64,000 bases of DNA from Clostridiales bacterium (GTDB lineage: Bacteria > Bacillota > Clostridia > Oscillospirales > Acutalibacteraceae). The stretch covers positions 5,917 through 69,916 of the forward strand of contig DAITDU010000004.1 of the NCBI GenBank assembly GCA_036839715.1, in the 5' to 3' direction. This document shows positions 19,750 through 28,894 of this stretch, piece after piece. Every line of letters starts with the position of its first letter. The stretch's first letter is position 1. Under the pieces are notes generated by a model. That model was not told the DNA's origin. It worked only from the letters and a program-made list of their open reading frames with translations, and ran no database searches. The translations under genes were made by a program, and so were the position numbers.

Positions 19750-20592
19750 TTAAATTACTACGGCTTTATGGCGTGTGACATGGCAACCCATATTTACAGC
19801 AAGCGGAAGGCCGGCAATATGGGTTGGATACTGCTCAATATTGACGGCAAGGGCCGTTGTAGAGCCGCCAAAGCCCTGCGGCCCCACGTTAAGGTCATTG
19901 ACCGCGCGGAGCATACGCTCTTCCAGTTCCGCATAGAACGGATCGGAGTTGCGCTGGGAAACCGGGCGGCAAAGTGCTTTCTTTGCAAGCAGTGCGCACA
20001 GTTCAAAATCTCCGCCGATTCCCACTCCAAGCACAACAGGCGGGCAGGGCCGTCCACCCGCAAGCTTAACAGTATCCGTAACAAACCCAATCAGGTCATC
20101 CACTGAAGCGGCAGGTGTAAACATTTTCAGCCGGCTCATGTTTTCGCTGCCAAATCCCTTTGGAGCAACTGTCAGCTTCAGGCGATCACCCGGTACAAGG
20201 CTCGTATGCAACACGGCAGGTGTGTTATCCCCTGTGTTGCCCCTGCGGATTGGATCTGCGGCAACAGAGCAGCGGAGCAGGCCATCCCGGTATCCGCGGC
20301 GAACCCCTTCATTGATTGCATCTTCAAACGAACCACCGGTAATATGAACTTCCTGGCCAACTTCTGCAAATATAACCGCCATACCGGTATCCTGGCAAAC
20401 AGGAAGATTCATTTCCCTAGCAGCATCCATATTGTCGCCAAGGCTGTCCAAAATAGAGCGGCCAATCGGTGAAGTCTCCTTTTTTGCAGCCTCATGGATA
20501 CAGTGTTCAAGGTCTTCCGGCAAAATACGGTTTGCCTCTCCGCAAAGGCGCGCGACCTCTTCTGTAATCTGTTTGACATTGATTTCTCTCAT
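19750..20592 (-). CDS. Fe-S type hydro-lyase, class I fumarate/tartrate dehydratase alpha subunit
   Basis: 280 aa. CQDTGMAV motif and overall alpha-subunit length. No beta-subunit ORF is adjacent. Confidence 0.8.
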   Translation of the reverse strand: MREINVKQITEEVARLCGEANRILPEDLEHCIHEAAKKETSPIGRSILDSLGDNMDAAREMNLPVCQDTGMAVIFAEVGQEVHITGGSFEDAINEGVRRGYRDGLLRCSVAADPIRRGNTGDNTPAVLHTSLVPGDRLKLTVAPKGFGSENMSRLKMFTPAASVDDLIGFVTDTVKLAGGRPCPPVVLGVGIGGDFELCALLAKKALCRPVSQRNSDPFYAELEERMLRAVNDLNVGPQGFGGSTTALAVNIEQYPTHIAGLPLAVNMGCHVTRHKAVVI

Positions 20593-20740
20593 ATTATTTT
20601 CCGCCTTTCCGGTTTAAGTTTTTAAGGCAGTTTTTTCCGCCCTTTTCCCATACTGCACCGCCCAGTCTGGCGCAGGCGAAAAAAAGTCTAGAGCATAAGG
20701 CATCCGCATCCAACGGTGACGCAGTACAGAAAGGATTCAT

Positions 20741-20767
20741 AAAAAAAGCGGAGTGCAGGCACTCCGC
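20741..20767 (-). terminator. Rho-independent terminator of the yabP...yabR operon
   Basis: On the minus strand: GCGGAGTG / CACTCCGC stem followed by T7. Confidence 0.85.
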
Positions 20768-20792
20768 AGAACTGGTACGCAGTCGGGAACAT

Positions 20793-21236
20793 CTATTTTG
20801 ACTGATTTGAGCCACGCCTTGAAAATCCTCCGCGCTTAGACTCCATGCAGCGCTTCAGGTCGGACATCTTTTCATCGCTCGTCTGCTTAAACTTTGCCAT
20901 CATGTCCTCAAAGGACTCCGGCTCATTCCTTCTTGAAGGTTGCCACACAAAGTTTCCCGGCCTTCCCGGACGGGAAACTGGTGGCCGGCCCGTGCGCGGG
21001 TTTTCATTGACGCGCTTGATGGAAAGACTGATTCTTCCTTCCGGCGTGATGTTTAGGACCTTTACTTTTACGACTTCGCCTACCTTCACATAGTCACGAA
21101 TTTCCTTGACGAAAGTCGGGGCAACCTCTGAAATATGGACCATGCCCGTTTTACCTCCGGGAAGTTCCACAAAAGCCCCAAAATTCGTGATGCCGGTTAC
21201 TTTTCCCTCAACAATCGATCCAACCTCAAGCTGCAT
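20793..21236 (-). CDS. S1 RNA-binding domain protein (YabR/general stress protein 13-like)
   Basis: 147 aa. GKVTGITNFGAFVELPGGKTGMVHISEV S1 motif. Occupies the yabR position downstream of divIC. Confidence 0.85.
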   Translation of the reverse strand: MQLEVGSIVEGKVTGITNFGAFVELPGGKTGMVHISEVAPTFVKEIRDYVKVGEVVKVKVLNITPEGRISLSIKRVNENPRTGRPPVSRPGRPGNFVWQPSRRNEPESFEDMMAKFKQTSDEKMSDLKRCMESKRGGFSRRGSNQSK

Positions 21237-21266
21237 AAATTAGTAATTTCCTCCTCAGCACAGATT

Positions 21267-22097
21267 TCATTTTCCGGCTATATTTACATAAACGCGTTCG
21301 CCCGGCTTTGAATAGCCAAGCTCTTCGCGTGCTGTTTTTTCCATGTAGGCACTGTTTCCTTTTCCAACATCATCTTTCAGTTCTTCATTTTTGATTTCCT
21401 GAATCTGAATCTGCTGATTGACTGCAGAAAGCTGCTGTTTCTTAGCAGAGATAACAGACTGCTGCTGAATCAGCAGGACAAGAACATATATGGAAAAGAC
21501 AAGGACTGCAAAGCGCAACAGAAAACTCTTTTTCCTTTTCCTTTTTTCCGTTTTGCCCTCAATAACCTTCATTTTTCTGCGCGCCTTCTTCCGACTAAAC
21601 GGGTGCTTTTTCCACTTCCCGCCCTTATTACGATAATTATACACTACCAGAGGGCTATGTTTCAAGCTCTTTTTCTGATTTTGGAGCCGTTTTTGACCAG
21701 AACGAATGAATTTTTTTATCTGTTTGCCCAGTTTGGACGCCGCAGCATGGAGACGGGCGCCTGCGGGGTCAAAAACTTTACGGTAAAGAAAGCCAAAAAG
21801 TTTCCGAAAAAGGAAAACTGTTACGCGGCCGATTGTTTCGTGCCAGGCAAACCAGCCAAGCACTTCGCCGGTAAACAGGTAAATCCGCAGTTCACCAAAG
21901 CAAACGCCAAGATCTATGAAAAATGTAAAATATGCAGCCAGGATCATATAAATGAAATCCTGGAAAAAAACGGCTCGTTTCCCCGACCGGAAAACGGCAC
22001 GCCAGATACGGAGCACATCATAAACAGCGCTTAGAAGCACTCCTGTCACAAAGAAAGCCAAAAAGCCCACCGCAGGAGAAACGAGGCTGCTGTTCAC
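21267..22097 (-). CDS. YabQ-like spore cortex membrane protein fused in frame to a DivIC/FtsB-like septum formation initiator
   Basis: Single 276-codon ORF (GTG start). Residues 1 to about 110 are a polytopic YabQ-like region, followed by a Lys/Arg-rich linker. From internal ATG 21572 there is a TM helix plus coiled coil and C-terminal EKTAREELGYSKPGE, typical of DivIC/FtsB. Confidence 0.6.
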   Translation of the reverse strand: MNSSLVSPAVGFLAFFVTGVLLSAVYDVLRIWRAVFRSGKRAVFFQDFIYMILAAYFTFFIDLGVCFGELRIYLFTGEVLGWFAWHETIGRVTVFLFRKLFGFLYRKVFDPAGARLHAAASKLGKQIKKFIRSGQKRLQNQKKSLKHSPLVVYNYRNKGGKWKKHPFSRKKARRKMKVIEGKTEKRKRKKSFLLRFAVLVFSIYVLVLLIQQQSVISAKKQQLSAVNQQIQIQEIKNEELKDDVGKGNSAYMEKTAREELGYSKPGERVYVNIAGK

Positions 22098-22111
22098 ACC
22101 GCCTCACTCCC

Positions 22112-22420
22112 CTACTTAAACAGTCTGGCAAACACTCCGTTCCCGGAAGAACGGTTTTCCGTGTAGGTAACTGAAACGATTTCACCGTCAAGGGTAAGTT
22201 CTCCGGTGTCCAGATTCAGTTTGCTGATATGGAGTTTGGAGCCATGGACAGTCATATCACCGAGATCCGTAGAAGCCACAACGGTTTCGTCATTGAAGCT
22301 GTCTACGTTGGAGACACCTGTAGCCGTCAGGGTTTTCCGATTTTCTATAATTAGGCTGTGCGGCATTTTAACATTTTTCTGCTCTGCCGGCTTCGGCTGT
22401 ACTGTTGTCTGTTCCTTCAT
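22112..22420 (-). CDS. yabP: Sporulation protein YabP
   Basis: 102 aa. Repeated beta pattern (ENRKTLTATGVSNVDSFNDE...HGSKLHISKLNLDTGELTLDGEI) and conserved position upstream of yabQ. Confidence 0.8.
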   Translation of the reverse strand: MKEQTTVQPKPAEQKNVKMPHSLIIENRKTLTATGVSNVDSFNDETVVASTDLGDMTVHGSKLHISKLNLDTGELTLDGEIVSVTYTENRSSGNGVFARLFK

Positions 22421-22447
22421 GGCAGTCCCTCCCGCATTTACCTTTTT

Positions 22448-22477
22448 ATGTCTATGCGGGTACAGGGCGACATATTC
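22448..22477 (-). promoter_or_regulatory. Candidate sigma-E type sporulation promoter upstream of yabP
   Basis: On the minus strand: GAATATG, 14 nt spacer, CATAGACAT. This resembles the remembered sigma-E consensus (ATATT-N14-CATACAnT). About 28 nt upstream of the yabP ATG. Confidence 0.4.
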
Positions 22478-22522
22478 GGCCGAAGCACAGATGCTGCGAA
22501 TCCTACCACACCTTAAAAGTGG

Positions 22523-22783
22523 TTATTCCGCCTTGCCTTTCTCCGGCAGGATTTCATACATGGACGACGCATCCGACTTTGTTGCATACTCATCGGTGCT
22601 GACAACTCTCGCACGCATGGCATGGGTACCAAGCGAAACAGCAATAACGTCGCCCGGTTTCACTTCATAAGACGCACGTGCAGGTTTGTTGTTCACCATA
22701 ACGCGGCCCGTATCGCAGGCTTCATTTGCAACAGTGCGCCGTTTCATCAGCCGTGATACTTTTAAGTACTTGTCAAGTCTCAT
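22523..22783 (-). CDS. S4-domain RNA-binding protein (YabO/Hsp15-like)
   Basis: 86 aa. MRLDKYLKVSRLMKRRTVA S4 motif. Confidence 0.8.
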   Translation of the reverse strand: MRLDKYLKVSRLMKRRTVANEACDTGRVMVNNKPARASYEVKPGDVIAVSLGTHAMRARVVSTDEYATKSDASSMYEILPEKGKAE

Positions 22784-22874
22784 AAGGATCCCCCCTCTCC
22801 CTTAAAAAAGTCCAGGGTTGCAGCAAAGCACAGCTTTGCTGCAACCCCTTCCCTCTGCTTCCGGGCAGTAACTC

Positions 22875-23165
22875 TTACTTCTTTTTTGCGGATGCTGCTG
22901 TGGCATCCTTAAATGCCTTTCCAGCCTTAAAAGCAGGGACACGAGATGCAGGAATCGTAATCGGGGTATTGGTGCGGGGATCGCGTCCCTGACGTGCACT
23001 GCGGCTGTGAAGCTCAAAAGTTCCAAAGCCGACAATCTGCACTTTCTCATCTTTTGCTACAGTTTTTACAACCGTATCAAGCATAGCATTGACAGCTTTA
23101 TCAGCATCTTTCTTGGAAATTCCGGCCTCGTCGGCAACAACAGAAATCAATTCGGTCTTATTCAT
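22875..23165 (-). CDS. hup: HU family DNA-binding protein
   Basis: 96 aa. MNKTELISVVADEAGISKKDADKAV ... GRDPRTN arm. Confidence 0.95.
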   Translation of the reverse strand: MNKTELISVVADEAGISKKDADKAVNAMLDTVVKTVAKDEKVQIVGFGTFELHSRSARQGRDPRTNTPITIPASRVPAFKAGKAFKDATAASAKKK

Positions 23166-23184
23166 ACTTCTTAACCTCCGTCTT

Positions 23185-23952
23185 TTATTTATTCAACAGC
23201 GAATGCTGAGAATTCAAAACAGGATCGGGATTGGTTTCGTGCGCCGCTTGTTCAAAACTACGGATAAATTTCTCACAGCACACGGCCAGTGCTTCTTCAG
23301 ATTCAACCCCAAGACTCTCTGCCACACCGGCTGACGCAAAGAGAAGCTTTCCAACTGCTTCCAGCTTTTCGCCCTTCCCGACTGATTCCGGCAGCTTCCG
23401 GATTCCTTCTGCTGCCTTCTGAACTTCCGCAAGCGGTTTCAGCCTGTCCGACTTTTTGTCAGCCGACCGACTGGCCTTGCGTCTCAGTTTCTGGGCACGC
23501 ATCAAAGCCGGCAGTGCAGGAGAAACTCCGCGGAGCACTTCTGAAATTGTCGTCCGGCCCTTGGAACGGGCCTTAATTGCTTCCCAGTTTGTGAGGACAT
23601 CACCAGTATCTTTTATGGACACATTGCCGAAAACATGCGGGTGACGCTCAATCAGCTTTTTGGAAATGCCATCCACCACATCGGAGAAATCAAACCTTCC
23701 GGCTTCCTCCTCCAGCTGTGCATGAAAAACCACCTGGAACAAAACATCGCCTAATTCTTCCTGGAGGAGTGCTTCATCGTCGTTGTCAATCGCCTCAACA
23801 GCTTCGTAAGCTTCTTCAATCATATTGTTGCGGATTGAATGATGCGTTTGAGTGCGATCCCATGGACACCCTTCCGGGGACCGAAGGATCTCCATAATCC
23901 GCAGCAGATCTTCCATTGTGTACTTTTCTTTCCGGTTGAATTGCAAAATCAT
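23185..23952 (-). CDS. mazG: Nucleoside triphosphate pyrophosphohydrolase MazG
   Basis: GCPWDRTQTHHSIRNNMIEEAYE and a second EELGDVLFQV motif. ATG 23952 is preceded by GGAGG. Confidence 0.85.
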   Translation of the reverse strand: MILQFNRKEKYTMEDLLRIMEILRSPEGCPWDRTQTHHSIRNNMIEEAYEAVEAIDNDDEALLQEELGDVLFQVVFHAQLEEEAGRFDFSDVVDGISKKLIERHPHVFGNVSIKDTGDVLTNWEAIKARSKGRTTISEVLRGVSPALPALMRAQKLRRKASRSADKKSDRLKPLAEVQKAAEGIRKLPESVGKGEKLEAVGKLLFASAGVAESLGVESEEALAVCCEKFIRSFEQAAHETNPDPVLNSQHSLLNK

Positions 23953-23991
23953 GCAACCTCCGTCCCGATAAATTTGGGACACGTCATTATT

Positions 23992-25734
23992 TTACCTTAT
24001 CCAATTATGTTTTTCAAGTATTTTCAGGATTTTTTGTCCTCTTGGCAGCATCACAACATCATGTTTATTAAGTGCGTGGAACCGAAGGATGCAAACAAAG
24101 TACAGAAAAATGGAAAGCAGGATGGCAAAACAGACTGCAACTTTCTGAGAAATGAATCCGGTTGCGAAGTGGAAAATGACCCACGAAAAGCCGATACTCA
24201 CAGCAGAAGCAAGAAGCGGTTTGAAGAAAATTGCGAAGTAATTGACGTGAATCTTTGTAACACGCCAAAGCCAGTAAAGTGCCATCACAGTTGTAATCAG
24301 GTAGCAGAGCAGGGTACCGGTCCCTGCGCCAAGCACGTTGATGCTTGGAATGCCGACCAGGACATAGTTGGTAATCAGTTTCACTACAAGCCCTGCGGCA
24401 ACCAGCTTAACAGGGATATCCACCCGGCCGACTGCCTGAAGCATACTGTCAATCGGGGTCTCCGTCGCGGCAAAAGCCGAGGCAAGTCCAAGGATGATAA
24501 GGATTCTTCCGATAATAGCCGGGCCCTGGTCAGCGCTCGGGTAGATCAGCGCTGCAATGGGCATTGCAAAAACCGAAAGCCCGATTCCACTTGGAATAGT
24601 AATCAGCGAGACTGTGCGGAGTACGGTTTCCATGCTGCGGCGCAGCCGTTTCGAGTCTCCGCTCGTCCACGCTTCCGTCACATTGGGCAGTGCACTCACG
24701 CCGAAAGCCTGTGTAAAGGCAGGCACCAGCAGAAAAAGGTTCGATGCATTGACAAAGCATCCGTAAAGGAATGCAGCCAGATTGGTAGAGTTCAGGAATT
24801 CCTTTGGGATAATTCCTTTGTACATATTGATTAGAGAAGATGAGTCCGCAGAAAGCAGGTCATTGATGCGCCCCTGCAGGAGGGTACTGTCCACAAGGGA
24901 AGAAAGATTGATAACCAAGGAACCGATTGCTACTGGAATTGCCGTGCGGACCAGGGTCGAAGTTGTCTTCCGCATGGTAAGCGGGCGCGGGGACTGCAGC
25001 AGCATTTCATGTGTGATGCCGTCACCGTTTTTCTTATGGTAGAAAAGCAGGAAAAGGAAGCCAAACAGGCCGCCAAGCGTCACACCGAAAATCGCTCCGG
25101 CAGCCGCGTAGGGCAGCGTGGCAATTTTCGCATATTTTACGTCTTTTACCCTGATACCGTAAACGGTTCCGCTCTGGGCAAATTCTTCCAGGCCAGATTT
25201 GACAATCACATAGGCTGCCGTCAGGCCGAAAACCAATTTGCAGAATGACTCGATAACCTCGCTGATTGCCGTCGGCGTCATATTGCGCAGGCCCTCATAG
25301 TACCCGCGGTAAATGGACATCATGCTGGCAAAGAAAGCCGCCGGCGCAATGGCGTAAATAGCAGGCAAAGCATTTTGGGCATTCCCGCGCATGGCAAACT
25401 GGGTATACGGGCGGGCCAGAATGAGCATCAGCGAAAACGACAAAATACCCAGTAAGAGGAAAATCCGAATGGATGCACGGTGAATCTGTCGGATGTTACG
25501 ATAATTCCCACGGCAGTAGCTCTCTGAAACAAGTCGGGAAATTGCAATCGGGAACCCAGCCGTTGCCACACTGAACATGGGAGCGTAAAGCGCATAGGCC
25601 GTACCGAAATAACCATTGCCGAGGGAAGTAATAATCCATGAAAGCGGTATTTTATAAACTGCTCCGAGTATTTTTTCAATTGCAATCGCAACGACGAGGA
25701 TTAGGGCACCGTGCAGGAAACTCTGGCGCTGCAT
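23992..25734 (-). CDS. MOP-superfamily polysaccharide/lipid II flippase-like protein (SpoVB/YabM-like)
   Basis: About 580 aa and polytopic (about 14 TM helices). Occupies the yabM position upstream of mazG. The start is uncertain (ATG 25734 with a GAGGG SD, or ATG 25758). Confidence 0.8.
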   Translation of the reverse strand: MQRQSFLHGALILVVAIAIEKILGAVYKIPLSWIITSLGNGYFGTAYALYAPMFSVATAGFPIAISRLVSESYCRGNYRNIRQIHRASIRIFLLLGILSFSLMLILARPYTQFAMRGNAQNALPAIYAIAPAAFFASMMSIYRGYYEGLRNMTPTAISEVIESFCKLVFGLTAAYVIVKSGLEEFAQSGTVYGIRVKDVKYAKIATLPYAAAGAIFGVTLGGLFGFLFLLFYHKKNGDGITHEMLLQSPRPLTMRKTTSTLVRTAIPVAIGSLVINLSSLVDSTLLQGRINDLLSADSSSLINMYKGIIPKEFLNSTNLAAFLYGCFVNASNLFLLVPAFTQAFGVSALPNVTEAWTSGDSKRLRRSMETVLRTVSLITIPSGIGLSVFAMPIAALIYPSADQGPAIIGRILIILGLASAFAATETPIDSMLQAVGRVDIPVKLVAAGLVVKLITNYVLVGIPSINVLGAGTGTLLCYLITTVMALYWLWRVTKIHVNYFAIFFKPLLASAVSIGFSWVIFHFATGFISQKVAVCFAILLSIFLYFVCILRFHALNKHDVVMLPRGQKILKILEKHNWIR

Positions 25735-25908
25735 CTTGCCCTCTTTTTTCCGTTCCATCGCAACACTTCCGTTCTTTCCTGTAAGTTTATGCCACATGTT
25801 AAGTGCTTTATGTTCTAGCCGAAAAAACAATCTGACCGAAAAGCTGCCAAAAGAAAAGAGGAGGCACAACCCTCCCCTTTCCCTCCAAACTTATTTTCTA
25901 GGGCAATG

Positions 25909-26364
25909 TCATTTTTCAGGTGTTTTCTCGTCCGGTTTCTCCGCGCCAGGCGCTGGTTCTTCTTTTTGCCCGGCCTCTTCAGGCGCTGCGTTCTCCGACT
26001 TGTCTTCAAACAGCCTGTGGCCGCACTTGCTGCAGAAAATAGCATCCTGAGAATTCTCTTCTCCGCAGTATCCACAGACGACTTTCGCATGGGCGGCGAC
26101 AAGCTGCATGTTTATTGCTTCAAGTTGCTCCATCAGTTCATCAATTTCCGCCGAGGAAGAAACAATTTTCTCGGCAGGATCGGAACCGGTTTTATGGGCA
26201 TCATACACTGAGCGGCCAAGTGACTGGAACTTTCTGTTAATTTCACCGTTGAGGTCCGCAGCACTGATGCGGAGTTTTGAAAGGTCCACCAGTTTCGAGG
26301 CCTTTTTCCCGACGGCATTTGCTGCGGATTTGGCATTGACAATCATATCGTCGAACATACTCAT
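25909..26364 (-). CDS. Zinc-ribbon domain protein with coiled-coil N-terminus and acidic Pro/Glu-rich tail
   Basis: CGYCGEEN...CSKCGH zinc ribbon. ATG 26364 is preceded by AAGGGAG. Confidence 0.6.
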   Translation of the reverse strand: MSMFDDMIVNAKSAANAVGKKASKLVDLSKLRISAADLNGEINRKFQSLGRSVYDAHKTGSDPAEKIVSSSAEIDELMEQLEAINMQLVAAHAKVVCGYCGEENSQDAIFCSKCGHRLFEDKSENAAPEEAGQKEEPAPGAEKPDEKTPEK

Positions 26365-26480
26365 AACAGCACACTCCCTTTTGTCTTTCTTTTTCAATTA
26401 TTATGTTACGAAGCACCCTTAAAAATGTCAAAAGCACAACCACTTATAATTAGAAATTATACCATGGGGCATGGAAAATA

Positions 26481-27452
26481 TCAACTCATATCCATACCTC
26501 CGCCAATGAATTCACGAATTATGGAGTCTCTCGGGACAAGCGCCGGATCAATCGGCGCAAAAAGCGAAACCGCATCCGCAAGTTTTCTAGACAGCGCATA
26601 GTTCGGGCTGTCTTTGGGAACCTCTGAAAGCAGCTCCAGGGCTTTTCCGCGCAGGACGCAGAGCTCATATTCGTGAAAAGAATTGATTGTCATATCGGCG
26701 TCTTTCCGGAATGGCTTAATAAACCTGCATTCTCCGCGGAGAACATTGGGCCACATGGAAAGTGTATTGTCCGGTCCCGTTTTGCGGGAATTGTAATCGC
26801 GCACAATCCGGCGTAGAAGGCGGACATCATGCGCTCTGAGGAGCAGTTTGCCGCTGCCGCCAACAATCCCCTGCTTAACACTGATATAAATGCGGTGCAG
26901 GTGAAGCTCCGGAAGGGTACGGATTAGCTCCGGGTTCAGGGCATGGATTCCTTCCACTACAGCTACATCCCGCTCACCAAGGATAACTTGTCTGCGGTGC
27001 GGGTAACGGACATGCTGCTCAAAGTCGAAAACAGGCATTTCACAGCGGTTTTTTCCTACAAGCTCACCAAGGCACCGGCGGACTTCCTCCACATCCAGAG
27101 CCTCAAGACATTCGTAGTCGTGGCTGCCGTCCGGCAGGACTGGAGCAAGATTTTCACCCCGGTAGAAATCATCGAGGGAAATGCTGACACTTCCAACGCC
27201 TTCCTGTCTGAGCGCCCGTTTCAGCAGATGTGCCGTTGTTGTCTTTCCGCTGCTGGAGGGGCCGGCAATCATGACAAGCCTGCTTATTGGCTTTTCACCT
27301 GCAATACGCCTTGCGATTGATTCAATATTTTCTCTATAGCTTTTTTCCGAACGCTCCACAAACCCGGCAGGGTCTTTGCGGACAGCTTCATTGATTCCCT
27401 CCAGGCAGTTGCAGTAGCAGATGTATTCACCTGTGCCGTCCAATTGATTCAT
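26481..27452 (-). CDS. Uridine kinase/phosphoribulokinase-family nucleoside kinase-like protein
   Basis: 323 aa. P-loop GPSSSGKTTT and DDFY motif. Confidence 0.7.
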   Translation of the reverse strand: MNQLDGTGEYICYCNCLEGINEAVRKDPAGFVERSEKSYRENIESIARRIAGEKPISRLVMIAGPSSSGKTTTAHLLKRALRQEGVGSVSISLDDFYRGENLAPVLPDGSHDYECLEALDVEEVRRCLGELVGKNRCEMPVFDFEQHVRYPHRRQVILGERDVAVVEGIHALNPELIRTLPELHLHRIYISVKQGIVGGSGKLLLRAHDVRLLRRIVRDYNSRKTGPDNTLSMWPNVLRGECRFIKPFRKDADMTINSFHEYELCVLRGKALELLSEVPKDSPNYALSRKLADAVSLFAPIDPALVPRDSIIREFIGGGMDMS

Positions 27453-28893
27453 AAAATTCCTTCACCCTGTCTTTCCGATTCATCATTTCCTCATGCCGTC
27501 CAATATATTCATATGGATACTTAAAGTTGAAAATCCGTTCAATTCGGTTCGAATAGGGGTCCCTGAGCTTGGTTACTGCGCCTGCCCCGCACGCCAGGAT
27601 GGACTGGCACTCCTCCATGATAAAAACATTATAAAGGCTTTCAAAGCCGGGTTTTGCCCATCCGGTATTTTCCAGATTTCCAACCATCCGGCTTTGCCGG
27701 TAAAGGTAATAGGGCCGGTATCCGCTCTGCGGCAGCATCCCGTCCGCAAGCGAAACCATCCTGCCTGCCGCATCAGCCCGCAGGCCTTCAGCACCTTCCT
27801 GGTTCAGGCGTGCGGCACGCTTGAGCGCAAGGGTATGGACTGTAATGCTTTCCGGTGAAAGGGAAATTACTTTTTTCAGGGTCTGATGAAAGCTTTCCGG
27901 CGTATCCTTCGGCAGCCCTGCAATCAGATCCATGTTAATATTATTAAAACCGTGACAGCGCGCAAGTTCAAAGGCAGAAAGTGTCTGAGCCGCCGTGTGT
28001 TTCCGCCCGATTTCCCGGAGTACCTCGTCGTTTAATGTCTGCGGGTTAATGCTGATGCGTGTGACACCGCCGACGCGCATTGCAGCGAGTTTCTCAATCG
28101 TCACGGTATCGGGGCGCCCGGCTTCCACCGTGAATTCGCGGCAGTCAGACAAATCGAAATTTCCCCGGATTGCAGCAATCACTTCCGCAAGCTGATCCGC
28201 GCTGAGGACAGTAGGCGTCCCCCCTCCAATGTAGACAGACTGGAGGCAAAGCTTCAGGCTCTGTGCAATCTCCGCCGTGCGGCGCAGCTCACCGCAGAGG
28301 AGTTCCACATACTTTGGAATCAGGTGCGCCGCCTTTTCAACAGAAGTAGAAACAAAAGAACAGTAGGCACAGCGCGTCGGGCAAAACGGAATGGCTACAT
28401 AAAGGCTGTACGATTCCGGCTTTGAAAGGGACAGCAATGTTTTCTGATTGTCCCAGGTAAGACGGGCAAGCCTTGTCTTTTCCGGCGAAACGAGCAGCTT
28501 TTCCTGAAAATAAGCCGGTACAGCCTCGTCCCCCATTTGGGACGCAAGACGGCCATAAAGCTTGATGGGACGCACACCGGTCAAAATGCCCCATGCCGGC
28601 CTGATACCGCACACTTCGGAAAGCATATTCCAAAGTACGACGGCCATCCGGCGTCCAAGCTCCATATCATCGGTGTCCGCAGCCAAAAGCTCAGAATGGT
28701 TCCGCTCCGTTTTGCCGGCTTTTAGCCGAACATCCAACCGGATACCTTCCGGCAGGCGCTTAACACCTGTATAGACAAAGGGGTCGCCTTCCTGTATTTC
28801 TGTCACTGTTTTAATTTTTTCGCGCGGGTAAAACAGACGGCAGAGGTTTTCCATCTCATAGGCCAAAGAATGGCCGTCAATTACAAGCGTCAT
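27427..28893 (-). CDS. hemZ: Radical SAM coproporphyrinogen dehydrogenase-like protein HemZ
   Basis: CPTRCAYCSF (CxxxCxxC) cluster motif and HemN-like length. ATG 28893 lies immediately after the upstream stop. Confidence 0.8.
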   Translation of the reverse strand: MTLVIDGHSLAYEMENLCRLFYPREKIKTVTEIQEGDPFVYTGVKRLPEGIRLDVRLKAGKTERNHSELLAADTDDMELGRRMAVVLWNMLSEVCGIRPAWGILTGVRPIKLYGRLASQMGDEAVPAYFQEKLLVSPEKTRLARLTWDNQKTLLSLSKPESYSLYVAIPFCPTRCAYCSFVSTSVEKAAHLIPKYVELLCGELRRTAEIAQSLKLCLQSVYIGGGTPTVLSADQLAEVIAAIRGNFDLSDCREFTVEAGRPDTVTIEKLAAMRVGGVTRISINPQTLNDEVLREIGRKHTAAQTLSAFELARCHGFNNINMDLIAGLPKDTPESFHQTLKKVISLSPESITVHTLALKRAARLNQEGAEGLRADAAGRMVSLADGMLPQSGYRPYYLYRQSRMVGNLENTGWAKPGFESLYNVFIMEECQSILACGAGAVTKLRDPYSNRIERIFNFKYPYEYIGRHEEMMNRKDRVKEFYESIGRHR

Positions 28894-28894
28894 C

